From positions 64,001 through 128,000 of the forward strand of contig JAHHIM010000073.1 of assembly GCA_019358915.1 (NCBI GenBank): a stretch of DNA of 64,000 bases, given 5' to 3'. The position numbers were made by a program, and so were the translations under genes. Shown piece after piece: positions 1 to 9,192 of this stretch. Origin of the DNA: Trichormus sp. ATA11-4-KO1 (GTDB taxonomy: Bacteria; Cyanobacteriota; Cyanobacteriia; Cyanobacteriales; Nostocaceae). Numbering within the stretch: position 1 is the stretch's first letter; each line of letters begins with the position of its first letter. The notes beneath the pieces are model-generated. The model saw nothing but the letters and a program-made list of their open reading frames with translations. It was not told the origin of the DNA and ran no database searches.

Positions 1-885
1 TTCATCAAACCAGATAATTCCTTTGGCCCGGAAAATAGTCGAGGGTAGTTGGTTATCTAAGAAATACTGAAACTTTCTGATGGCAAAAGGCTGATCACTT
101 TGGAAAGATATAGAAGTAAAACCGTCATTTTCTAAATGGTGGGAATGATGGTGATGGTCATGATGGTCGTGATCGCATGTTGAATGGTCGTGGTGTTCAT
201 GGTCATGATCATGTTCATCCACAGCATCAAAATATTTGTCAGATTCAAACAATCCTACACTGAGAATTAAAGGTAGTGGCACTTGCGATCGCTGGGTGCG
301 AATAATTCTTGCACCTTCTTTTACTTCATTAATTTTTCTTTCCAACTCATCCAAAGCAGCTGCATCAACCAAATCTGCCTTGTTGAGAATAATGACATCA
401 CCATAGGCGATCTGACTATACGCCGCCTGAGAGTTGAATAAATCCAGACTATAATTAGCTGCATCTACTACAGTGATAATCGAATCTAGACGAGTTAAAT
501 CTCGTAATTCTGTGCCAAGAAATGTTAAAGCTACTGGTAATGGATCTGCCAGCCCAGTTGTTTCTACAACCAAGTAATCTAAGCTTTCTTGACGTTCTAA
601 AACTTGATAAACCGCATCTACTAAATCATTATTAATAGTGCAGCAAATACAACCGTTGTTTAACTCCACCATATTCTCGTCGGTGGAGACAATTAACTCG
701 TTATCGATGCCAATTTCACCAAATTCATTGACTAAAACTGCGGTTTTTAGCCCCTGTTGGTTACTGAGGATATGATTTAATAAAGTCGTTTTGCCACTAC
801 CAAGAAACCCAGTAATAATAGTGACTGGCATTCCTTGCTTGGGCGCATCCATTGCTGGAAATTCGGAAGTAACTACTGATTGCAT
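1..885 (-). CDS. COG0523/CobW-family G3E GTPase metallochaperone (runs off the window edge; absent from the ORF track)
   Basis: Manual translation from ATG at 885: MQSVVTSEFPAMDAPKQGMPVTIITGFLGSGKTT, with VNEFG, NGCICC, ETTG and NKAD motifs and the His tract DEHDHDHEHHDHSTCDHDHHDHHHHSHH. Confidence 0.93.
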   Translation of the reverse strand, partial: MQSVVTSEFPAMDAPKQGMPVTIITGFLGSGKTTLLNHILSNQQGLKTAVLVNEFGEIGIDNELIVSTDENMVELNNGCICCTINNDLVDAVYQVLERQESLDYLVVETTGLADPLPVALTFLGTELRDLTRLDSIITVVDAANYSLDLFNSQAAYSQIAYGDVIILNKADLVDAAALDELERKINEVKEGARIIRTQRSQVPLPLILSVGLFESDKYFDAVDEHDHDHEHHDHSTCDHDHHDHHHHSHHLENDGFTSISFQSDQPFAIRKFQYFLDNQLPSTIFRAKGIIWFDE

Positions 886-918
886 ATCGCTGTGATCAAA
901 AAGTTAGAAAATATGAAT

Positions 919-946
919 GTAATTCGTAATTCGTAATTCGTAATTA
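919..946. repeat. STRR-type heptamer repeat (AATTCGT)n
   Basis: gtaattcgtaattcgtaattcgtaatta. Confidence 0.8.
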
Positions 947-1082
947 CGATACCGTTAGCGTTCATTTGCGAGGAATAGATGGTTTATTTCTGCCGTGCCG
1001 TACTAGCATAGGGATAGTGGGCTGTTATTGCAGCTGTTTTACCCTATTATTACGTATCTCTAGATTTGATAATCACTCTGTT

Positions 1083-2522
1083 ATGACCCTAACTCTGTAC
1101 AATACTCTCACCCGTCGTCAAGAACCGTTTAAAACAGTAGAACCAGGGAAGGTTAAGATGTACTGCTGCGGGATGACGGTGTATGATTACTGCCATTTGG
1201 GTCATGCCAGAGCCTGCATTGTTTGGGATGTAGTGCGTCGATATCTCCAGTTTATCGGCTATGAGGTACGCTATATCCAAAATTTTACCGATATTGATGA
1301 TAAGATTCTCAAGCGATCGCGCGAAGAACATACATCAATGTCAGCTGTGGCTGAACGCTTTATTCAGGCGTACTTTGAGGATATGGCGCGGCTGGGAATC
1401 AAAGAAGCCGATGAGTATCCCCGTGCTACCCACACCATGAATGGCATTCAACGGTTAATTCATGAATTAGAAAATAAAGGCTATGCTTACCCTGCTAATG
1501 GCGATGTTTATTATGCAGTGCGGCAATTTAATGAGTATGGCAAGTTGTCTGGACGTAAGTTAGAAGATATGCAAGCCGGTGCTAGCGATCGCGTGCATAT
1601 AGAAGATCCAGAATATCAAAAAAAGAAAGACCCCTTTGATTTTGCCTTGTGGAAAGCGGCAAAACCAGAAGAACCAGCTTGGGAATCACCGTGGGGTAAA
1701 GGCCGTCCGGGATGGCATATTGAATGCTCGGCGATGGTGCGCGATCGCCTGGGTGAGACAATAGATATTCATGCTGGTGGTGCTGACTTAATTTTTCCTC
1801 ACCATGAAAATGAAATTGCCCAATCTGAACCAGTTACAGGCAAACCCCTGGCGCTTTATTGGCTGCATAACGGCATGGTAAAAGTGGATGGTGAGAAAAT
1901 GTCTAAATCTTTGGGCAACTTTACCACCATTCGAGACTTGCTAGATCGAGGCGTTGAGCCAATGGCAGTCCGGTTATTTGTACTGATGGCACAATATCGT
2001 AAACCCATTGATTTTACCGACGAAGCGATCGCCGCAGCTACTAACGGTTGGCACACCCTCCAAGAAGGTTTACTGTTTGGCTATCAATATGGTGGACAAC
2101 TGGGGAGTGGGGAGTACCTAACTTCTGATATCCACGTCAAACGTTTCCAAGAGGCGGTAAATGATGACTTTAATTTTCCGGGAGGGTTAGCAGTGCTATT
2201 TGAATTAGCTAAGGAACTGCGCCGCAAGGGAAATATTATTGTGCATCAAGGAAAGACCGACACACCACTAGAGGAGTTACAAAAACAGTGGCGAACACTG
2301 GTAATGTTAGCAGAGGTTTTGGGTTTAGCAGCCAAGCCAGAAGCAGAAACTGCCACAATTGAGGGTTTAAGTGACGCCGAAATTGAAGATTTGATTCAAC
2401 AACGACAAACAGCCCGTAAAGCCAAGAATTTTGCCGAAAGCGATCGCCTCCGTGATCAACTACAAGCACAAGGTATTACCTTAATTGATAGTCGTGATGG
2501 CACTCGTTGGCATCGTAATTAA
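1083..2522 (+). CDS. cysS: Cysteine--tRNA ligase
   Basis: HLGH (HIGH-type) and KMSKS motifs, GRPGWHIECS, PHHENE; likely start MTLTLYNTL at 1083, not the TTG at 966. Confidence 0.97.
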   Translation: MTLTLYNTLTRRQEPFKTVEPGKVKMYCCGMTVYDYCHLGHARACIVWDVVRRYLQFIGYEVRYIQNFTDIDDKILKRSREEHTSMSAVAERFIQAYFEDMARLGIKEADEYPRATHTMNGIQRLIHELENKGYAYPANGDVYYAVRQFNEYGKLSGRKLEDMQAGASDRVHIEDPEYQKKKDPFDFALWKAAKPEEPAWESPWGKGRPGWHIECSAMVRDRLGETIDIHAGGADLIFPHHENEIAQSEPVTGKPLALYWLHNGMVKVDGEKMSKSLGNFTTIRDLLDRGVEPMAVRLFVLMAQYRKPIDFTDEAIAAATNGWHTLQEGLLFGYQYGGQLGSGEYLTSDIHVKRFQEAVNDDFNFPGGLAVLFELAKELRRKGNIIVHQGKTDTPLEELQKQWRTLVMLAEVLGLAAKPEAETATIEGLSDAEIEDLIQQRQTARKAKNFAESDRLRDQLQAQGITLIDSRDGTRWHRN

Positions 2523-2526
2523 TAGT

Positions 2527-3675
2527 ATGTCTGAACAACGTAAGGCGATTTCTTTATCTGACCTCTTGCTAATTGTCGCCACTTTCTTTGTGGTGGTTTT
2601 GTTGTGGCAATTACGGAGTTTGTTAGTAACTTTAATGATTGCAGTAGTTTTGGCTGCGGCGATCGCGCCTATAGTGAACGCCGCCGAAAAATTACGTATT
2701 CCCCGTTGGCTAGGCGTAATTGTGGTGTATGTTAGCCTGATTGCTGGCTTAGTTGGGGCTGGTTTGATTATTGGCCCCTCGGTTTCTGAACAAATTCAAC
2801 GATTAGTCAGTAAACTGCCGATTTATTTAGATAATTTGTGGATGGCGGCTGAAAATTTAGCCCTGCGACTGGGAATTACTCAAATAGAATCAGTAGAGCA
2901 ATTTTTTGATATTCAATCCCTGACTAATTGGTTGTTTCGCTCCAGTCAGCAGCTACTCGTGCGTTCTTTTGGCTTTACTCGTGGCTTTATTGGCGGGATA
3001 GTAAATCTGATTTTGGCTTTGGTTATGTCCGCTTATATGGTTGCTGGGAGCAAAAATTTAATTCAAGGTCTGGTGAGGTTGTTTCCTCAACCTTGGGACG
3101 AACGTCTAGCCACCCAAGTTGCACCAATTTCTCGCCGCATGGGGGGTTACATTCAAGGTCGAGTTTTGGTTTCGGCTATTTTAGGTTTTGTAATTACTTT
3201 GGGGTTGAGGATTTTAGGACTATCAGAATTTGCCTTAGCGCTTGGTGTGATTGCTGGGTTCACAAATTTAATTCCATTTGTCGGGCCAGTATTAGGGGCA
3301 ATTCCGGCTTTAATTGTTGCTATTCCTCAAGGCGGATTGACTTTTCTTTGGGTATTACTGTTATTTGTGATTATTCAGAATCTAGAAACGTATGTGCTTG
3401 ATCCATTATTGGTAGGTTCGTCTGTACGCGTGCGCCCGTTATATCAACTTTTAGCCGTGCTAGGAGGAACACAAGTTTTAGGAATTATTGGCGCTGTCAT
3501 CGTTCCGCCTTGGGTAGCTGGTGTAGCAGTACTTTTGGAAAATCTCTATTTACGCCCGAAATTGTTGACTGAAAAAAAAGCAAATATCTACGAACTTCCC
3601 ATAAATTCAGATAGCCAACCATTGTCAGACTCAGAGAAACTGGCGACTGGTATTTCTCAAAGTTCGGAAAATTAA
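2527..3675 (+). CDS. AI-2E (UPF0118/PerM) family membrane transporter
   Basis: Multiple TM helices, NLIPFVGP and IQNLE..LDPLLVG motifs; ATG 4 bp after cysS stop. Confidence 0.88.
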   Translation: MSEQRKAISLSDLLLIVATFFVVVLLWQLRSLLVTLMIAVVLAAAIAPIVNAAEKLRIPRWLGVIVVYVSLIAGLVGAGLIIGPSVSEQIQRLVSKLPIYLDNLWMAAENLALRLGITQIESVEQFFDIQSLTNWLFRSSQQLLVRSFGFTRGFIGGIVNLILALVMSAYMVAGSKNLIQGLVRLFPQPWDERLATQVAPISRRMGGYIQGRVLVSAILGFVITLGLRILGLSEFALALGVIAGFTNLIPFVGPVLGAIPALIVAIPQGGLTFLWVLLLFVIIQNLETYVLDPLLVGSSVRVRPLYQLLAVLGGTQVLGIIGAVIVPPWVAGVAVLLENLYLRPKLLTEKKANIYELPINSDSQPLSDSEKLATGISQSSEN

Positions 3676-3787
3676 GCACTGTATATCCATTCCGAAGCTC
3701 ATAGCAAAAGTCATCTAAAGATGACTAAACTTCCAAGTATCGAATTCACGTTAGGTTAGAAACCTATGGCCAATATCTAGAGAACCA

Positions 3788-3915
3788 ATATCATGTCCAG
3801 TTAATCAAACTAAATAAAAAATGTTGGCTCGTAGTCAGGACTTTAGTCCTGTCTTTTGGGACTTCAAACCCTACTACAACAGGACTTATGATGGGTGATT
3901 AGGCGGACATCATAT
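3788..3915. mobile_element. Short inverted-repeat-bounded (MITE-like) element
   Basis: ATATCATGTCC at the left end and GGACATCATAT at the right end, internal palindrome CAGGACTTTAGTCCTG. Confidence 0.55.
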
Positions 3916-4100
3916 AAATCCTTTTAATGGCATGGTTTTCAATCCACTAAAGTGGACTTGAATTATTAGCCAAGAAATTTATTTCTTGGCGGTAGATTGG
4001 TATAGTGCAAGAGTTGAATTAACTTGTATACCAAAATTTTTTGGAAGATATTACAAGAAAATGGTTAATTATTAATTTCTAGTTTTTTTCAATTAATAAT

Positions 4101-4142
4101 TGTAGATGTAGAGACAAGTAAATTCTTATCTTTACATCTACA
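4101..4142. terminator. Long hairpin downstream of folE (probable terminator)
   Basis: TGTAGATGTAGAGACAAG-taaatt-CTTATCTTTACATCTACA imperfect inverted repeat. Confidence 0.5.
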
Positions 4143-4181
4143 ATCCAAGCTAAATAATAAATTTAGCTCTATGAAAATCAT

Positions 4182-4832
4182 TTAATGAAAGTTAGCATTG
4201 TGCCGGATCAAATTCATAAATTCCTCGCGAGTTCTGGCATCTTCTGCAAAAGCACCACGCATGGCACTGCTAACAGTCCAAGAACCGGGTTTTTGCACAC
4301 CACGCATTACCATACACATATGAGTTGCTTCGACTACCACCGCAACCCCTTGGGGTTTGAGTAATCCTTGCAAGGCGTCAGCAATTTGCGTTGTTAGACG
4401 TTCCTGCACTTGTAAGCGTCGTGCATACATTTCACAAATGCGGGCAATTTTTGATAAACCTATCACTTTGCCGTTGGGAATATAGGCTACATGAGCGCGA
4501 CCAATTATTGGTAGGATGTGATGCTCACAGGAACTAAAAATATCGATGTCCCGAATCAACACCATTTCATTTGCATCTTCTGTGAAAACTGCTCCGTTTA
4601 GCAGTTCATCCAAAGATTCGTGATACCCCTTGGTGAGAAACTTCAAGGCTTTCATTACCCTTTTTGGAGTATCTTTGAGTCCTTCGCGATCTGGATCTTC
4701 TCCTAATCCAATCAACAAAGTCCGTACAGCCTGCATCATTTCTGCTTCTGTTACTTTTGGCTGCTTTTTAGTCGCTAAAGATGACAGTACCTGATCGGCA
4801 GAAGTTAGATCGGGACGAATCGATAGAGTCAT
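4182..4832 (-). CDS. folE: GTP cyclohydrolase I
   Basis: [23 protein letters not shown] and HMCMVMRG motifs. Confidence 0.97.
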   Translation of the reverse strand: MTLSIRPDLTSADQVLSSLATKKQPKVTEAEMMQAVRTLLIGLGEDPDREGLKDTPKRVMKALKFLTKGYHESLDELLNGAVFTEDANEMVLIRDIDIFSSCEHHILPIIGRAHVAYIPNGKVIGLSKIARICEMYARRLQVQERLTTQIADALQGLLKPQGVAVVVEATHMCMVMRGVQKPGSWTVSSAMRGAFAEDARTREEFMNLIRHNANFH

Positions 4833-4949
4833 TTTGTGAGTTTTGTAGGAATGTTTTGATAAATTAATCAGTTGTCAGATTTCGGTTGCAATTAACCTCT
4901 GACTACCCCTGACTAATGAATGAGTGTAACATAACTTTACACGTTCTCA

Positions 4950-5987
4950 TCATACCAAACATTTCTGCAACTGCGAGTGAATTTTACTAGTTTCCAAGTT
5001 TCGGCCAATGAAAACTAGCTGATTTTTCGCTGGAGAATACCATTCATCGGCGTGTAAATTGTAACGAGGTCCACTCAGTTGGAAAATATGGCGCAAGTCA
5101 CTGTCACTAAACCAGAGAATACCCTTAGCACGAAATACCCCCTCTGGCATTTCTTCCGTGAGGAAGGCTTCAAATTTGTGAACATCAAATGGGCGATCGC
5201 TTTGGAAAGAAATTGAAATAAATCCATCATTCTCTAAATGATCTGAGTGATGGTGATGATGTTCATGGTGGTGGTGTTCATGGTGATGATGATGATGTTC
5301 CTCGTGGGTATCTGCTTCAGCAATCGAGATATACTGAGCTTTGGGTGTTAACTCTGTGCCTAAAATCAATGGTAATGGCACTTGTCCATACTGGGTATGT
5401 AAAATCTTTGCACCCACTTTGACTTCATGGATGTAAGATTCTAATTCTTGGAGTTTCTCTGGGGTCACCAGGTCAATTTTATTCAGAAGAATAATATCTC
5501 CATAAGTTATTTGTTTTAACGCTGATTCACTCTGGAAATGTTCGGCGTTAAATGCTTCTGCATCTACCAAAGTCAGAATCGAATCGAGGTTGGTTAAATC
5601 TCTGAGTTCTGTTCCTAAGAAAGTTAAAATAATTGGTAATGGATCAGCAACACCAGTGGTTTCAATTACTAGATAATCAATGCGGTCTTCTCGTTCTAAT
5701 ACTCGATAAACAGCATCAACTAACCCATCGTTGATGGTACAACAAATACAACCGTTGCTGAGTTCCATCATGTCTTGGTCTACAGAAACTAGTAATTGGC
5801 TGTCAATGTTAATATCACCAAATTCATTGACTAAGACAGCAACTTTTAAGTCGTCTTTGTTTTTGAGAATTTGATTGAGAAGTGTAGTTTTACCACTGCC
5901 TAAAAATCCTGTGATGAGAGTAACAGGCATTCCCCTTTTAGGAATTTCAGGCATGATGTTGGTGTCTGATGCATTGAGAGTAGTCAT
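4950..5987 (-). CDS. COG0523/CobW-family GTPase metallochaperone (second paralog)
   Basis: GFLGSGKTT, NGCICC, ETTG, NKID and a His-rich tract; probable start MTTLNAS at 5987. Confidence 0.95.
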   Translation of the reverse strand: MTTLNASDTNIMPEIPKRGMPVTLITGFLGSGKTTLLNQILKNKDDLKVAVLVNEFGDINIDSQLLVSVDQDMMELSNGCICCTINDGLVDAVYRVLEREDRIDYLVIETTGVADPLPIILTFLGTELRDLTNLDSILTLVDAEAFNAEHFQSESALKQITYGDIILLNKIDLVTPEKLQELESYIHEVKVGAKILHTQYGQVPLPLILGTELTPKAQYISIAEADTHEEHHHHHHEHHHHEHHHHHSDHLENDGFISISFQSDRPFDVHKFEAFLTEEMPEGVFRAKGILWFSDSDLRHIFQLSGPRYNLHADEWYSPAKNQLVFIGRNLETSKIHSQLQKCLV

Positions 5988-6054
5988 ATTGATATTGATA
6001 AAATGTGCAGATTTTTGCAAAAGAGAAATTCAGGCTCGTGAATGTTTGAGATTG

Positions 6055-7911
6055 CTAGATTGATGCTTTCGAGGCGATCACATCCTGTAACCGTTGTAAG
6101 ATTTCATTGGTAGTTAGTACACCTAAATCACCAGTTTGTCTGGTGCGGATACTTAATGTTTTGCTTTCTGCCTCTCTTTTACCGATAACGACAACCACGG
6201 GAATTTTTTCTAATTCTGCTGTGCGAATTTGTTTACCTAGTCGTTCACCACTATTATCTATTTCTACCCTTATCCCGGCTTTTTTCAAAGTGGCAGCTAC
6301 AGATTTGGCATATTCACGCACGTCATCGCTAACAGGTAAAAGTCTCGTTTGTACTGGTGCTAACCACAAAGGAAAATCACCAGCATAATTCTCAATTAAG
6401 ATGCCAAAAAAACGCTCTAAAGAACCAAAAATAGCGCGATGAATCATAATTGGTCTTTGGCGATCGCCACCAGGGGCAACATATTCTATATTAAAGCGTT
6501 CGGGCAAGTTAAAATCAACTTGAATGGTAGAACATTGCCAGCGACGACCAATGGCATCTTCTATTTTAATGTCGATTTTGGGGCCGTAAAATGCGCCACC
6601 ACCTTCATCAATAATGTAATCCCAACCTTTGGTATCTAAAGCTGCTTGCAGTGCAGCAGTTGCTAATTCCCAAACTTGATCATTACCTACTGATTTTTCA
6701 GGACGGGTAGATAAGTTAACTTCGTAGTTGGTAAACCCAAAGTCTGACAAAATTTGTGCAGTCAAATTTAAAACACCCAAAATTTCCGGTGCTATTTGCT
6801 CAGGTAAACAAAAAATGTGAGCATCATCTTGAGTAAATCCCCTGACTCGCATCAAACCGTGTAAAGCACCAGAACGTTCGTAGCGATAGACTGTACCCAG
6901 TTCACACACCCGAATTGGTAACTCTCTATAAGAATGAAGTTGATGCTTATAGGTGAGAACATGGAAAGGACAATTCATCGGCTTGAGTTGATAAGCCTGT
7001 TGTTCTACATCTATCGAGTCAAACATATTTTCCCGATAGAAGTCAAAGTGACCGGATGTCTTCCACAGTTCTAAATTAGCGATGTGGGGGGTGTAAAGTA
7101 GTTGATAGTCCGCTTCTAAGTGCGATCGCTTCCAGTAATCTTCTATGATGTGACGGATGATAGCTCCTTTAGGATGCCAGAATACTAAACCACCGCCAGC
7201 ATCTTCTTCTATACTGAACAGATTCAAATCTTGACCTAGCTTTCTGTGGTCACGACGCAGTGCTTCTTCTCTGTGTTTTAGGTAGGCTTGTAATGCTTCT
7301 GGAGTTTCCCATGCAGTGCCATAAATGCGTTGTAGCATAGGCTTGGTTTCATCCCCTTGCCAATATGCACCCGCGACATTTAACAGCGTGAAGGCATTAG
7401 GATGAATTTCGCCAGTAAAGTTGACATGGGGCCCCGCGCACAAATCCCACCAGTAATCTGGGAAAATTTTCAAATCGCCTTGTGGGACTTCAAATAACGA
7501 GGGTTCTAGCTGCACACCAGCATCAGGACTGCCAATAAAATAACGGATAATTATTTCATCTGCGGGGATGCGTGCTAAAATTTCTACTTTGTAAGTCTCA
7601 CCCCAGCGTTCAATTTCCTCCCGAATTTCCTCCCGTGGGACTTCCTCCCGGATGATGGGCAAATTAGCTTGTATTATCTGGCGCATCTCGCCAGTAATTT
7701 TAGCCAAGTCCTCTGGAGTGAAGCTAACGGGACTATCAAAGTCATAGTAAAAGCCTGTCTCTGTTACTGGGCCAGTTGCTACTCTAGTCCCCGGAAATAA
7801 CTTTTGCACAGCCATCGCCAAGATGTGGGCGCAGGTGTGGCGAATTTGTACCAGTTTTTGATTGTCTTGCTGGTTCAATTGTTCCTGGGACTGAGTTAAA
7901 GAACTAACCAT
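6055..7911 (-). CDS. thrS2: Threonine--tRNA ligase, probably the zinc-starvation paralog
   Basis: RHTCAH and DLCAGPH editing motifs, KPMNCPFH, QDDAH, IHRA; context with COG0523-folE and an upstream Zur box. Confidence 0.93.
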   Translation of the reverse strand: MVSSLTQSQEQLNQQDNQKLVQIRHTCAHILAMAVQKLFPGTRVATGPVTETGFYYDFDSPVSFTPEDLAKITGEMRQIIQANLPIIREEVPREEIREEIERWGETYKVEILARIPADEIIIRYFIGSPDAGVQLEPSLFEVPQGDLKIFPDYWWDLCAGPHVNFTGEIHPNAFTLLNVAGAYWQGDETKPMLQRIYGTAWETPEALQAYLKHREEALRRDHRKLGQDLNLFSIEEDAGGGLVFWHPKGAIIRHIIEDYWKRSHLEADYQLLYTPHIANLELWKTSGHFDFYRENMFDSIDVEQQAYQLKPMNCPFHVLTYKHQLHSYRELPIRVCELGTVYRYERSGALHGLMRVRGFTQDDAHIFCLPEQIAPEILGVLNLTAQILSDFGFTNYEVNLSTRPEKSVGNDQVWELATAALQAALDTKGWDYIIDEGGGAFYGPKIDIKIEDAIGRRWQCSTIQVDFNLPERFNIEYVAPGGDRQRPIMIHRAIFGSLERFFGILIENYAGDFPLWLAPVQTRLLPVSDDVREYAKSVAATLKKAGIRVEIDNSGERLGKQIRTAELEKIPVVVVIGKREAESKTLSIRTRQTGDLGVLTTNEILQRLQDVIASKASI

Positions 7912-7924
7912 ATCTGAAAAATAA

Positions 7925-7939
7925 TGAGAATCGTTATCA
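7925..7939. promoter_or_regulatory. Zur (FurB) box, 7-1-7 palindrome
   Basis: TGAGAAT-C-GTTATCA versus consensus TGATAATNATTATCA (2 mismatches), 13 bp upstream of the thrS2 start. Confidence 0.8.
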
Positions 7940-8144
7940 TATTAGCGCAAAAAAACCAGTAGCACCATGTTTGAGGTTAATTGCTGAGCATACATAACAG
8001 GGGACGGGCGACAGGCGACAGGGAATAGGCTTAAAAGTTTGTTGGTGTCCGGGTTTGATGATTAGTTTATGTTTGAAGTTTCATGATAACTGCTATATTT
8101 TTCCGGAAAGCAGAAATAGGCTTAGCAAAAATTATTACCAACAA

Positions 8145-8171
8145 TAAAAAATGCCCACTGGCGCGGGCATT
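8145..8171 (-). terminator. Rho-independent terminator-like hairpin
   Basis: Minus strand AATGCCC-GCGCCAGT-GGGCATT followed by a T run. Confidence 0.55.
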
Positions 8172-8530
8172 GAGTAGGCTTTCTGTCACTTTTATTGGCT
8201 ACAATCATGTTGTATCATGATGTTTTTATTTTTCTCGATTCCCAATAATAAATCAAGCCTCAAAAACTATAACTTTAGACATAATTCATGTAATTATATC
8301 TTTTTATTTAGATATTTAACAGTTGGGATTTGGAGGACTAAAAGATAATTTTCATCATAGGTGATATCTTTATACAATTTCAATTAAACTTTGGTAATAA
8401 ATTGTCTATTTGTATAGCATAACCTTAGTTTTTACTACCAGTATTTTTTAGACAAAATTCACATATTTATGTCTATTGGACTGCGGACTTTTTAAGAATT
8501 TTCCATTAAAAAGGTAAATGTGGTCAGGTT

Positions 8531-8563
8531 AAAAACCCCAGGGATTCCCAGTCCTGGGGTTTT
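8531..8563. terminator. Bidirectional terminator-like hairpin
   Basis: AAAAACCCCAGG-GATTCCCAGT-CCTGGGGTTTTT. Confidence 0.6.
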
Positions 8564-9000
8564 ACTTTGCTCTTGTATAGTTATCGGAAGCATATACTGT
8601 AGAGTATAAAAATAAATGTATTATCTAATATTTAAAGCAGCTATAGTTAAACGATTACATTGCTTCCGGGTAACAGAATCTACTATGTTAATAATTTAAC
8701 AGTTGTGAATATCACCTGATTAATAGTAAAAATTATCTTTTTATACAAAAAATTAGATTTAAGATTAATACTGCAAAAATAAATATATTTAGATTCGTCT
8801 CAAGATAGATGAAACCAAGTTAGTAATTAGCCTATATTATTAAATATAAAACAAAGAGCGTTACGACTTGAGGATGCATCTGCTATAATGACCAATATAG
8901 ATTAACACAGAGTAAAAATTAATATCTTTACTCTGTGTCTATTTGCAATTGTGTATTTGGCTATTAGTTGAGTATTAGATAAATACTTTTCCTTTGCAAT

Positions 9001-9141
9001 TATAGCGTTTCCTAATCTGCTAAAGTACTGAATACATCGCTAATAAAATTTGACAATCTTTGCGTAACTCTGCGCTACCTTAGCGTTCCTCTGCATTAAA
9101 AAATATTAGTTCTGTACCTCACTTAGTTGGGAAGCGCTATA
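9001..9141. mobile_element. MITE-like inverted-repeat element
   Basis: TATAGCGTTTCCTAA ... TTGGGAAGCGCTATA (13/15 IR) with internal CTCTGCG-like repeats. Confidence 0.55.
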
Positions 9142-9192
9142 GGCGATATTTAATAGCTTTTATTTAAGGGAAAACTAGTTGAAACTTTAAGA

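Noticed and set aside
1067..1081. Zur box upstream of cysS
   Set aside because: Only one half-site (TGATAAT); more likely a -10 element
966..1082. Extended N-termini in the ORF track (cysS, gltA, ndhI, ndhE, ABC1 kinase, hybrid kinase)
   Set aside because: Family-typical sequence starts at downstream ATGs; several extensions are derived from repeats
2928..3401. Overlapping or antisense ORFs inside long genes (also 18745-19098, 22350-22763, 51391-51825, 57460-57873)
   Set aside because: Shadow frames of well-supported genes, with no domain motifs
8102..8107. DIF1 heterocyst promoter motif TCCGGA
   Set aside because: No convincing -10 at the proper spacing on either strand; a 6-mer is expected by chance
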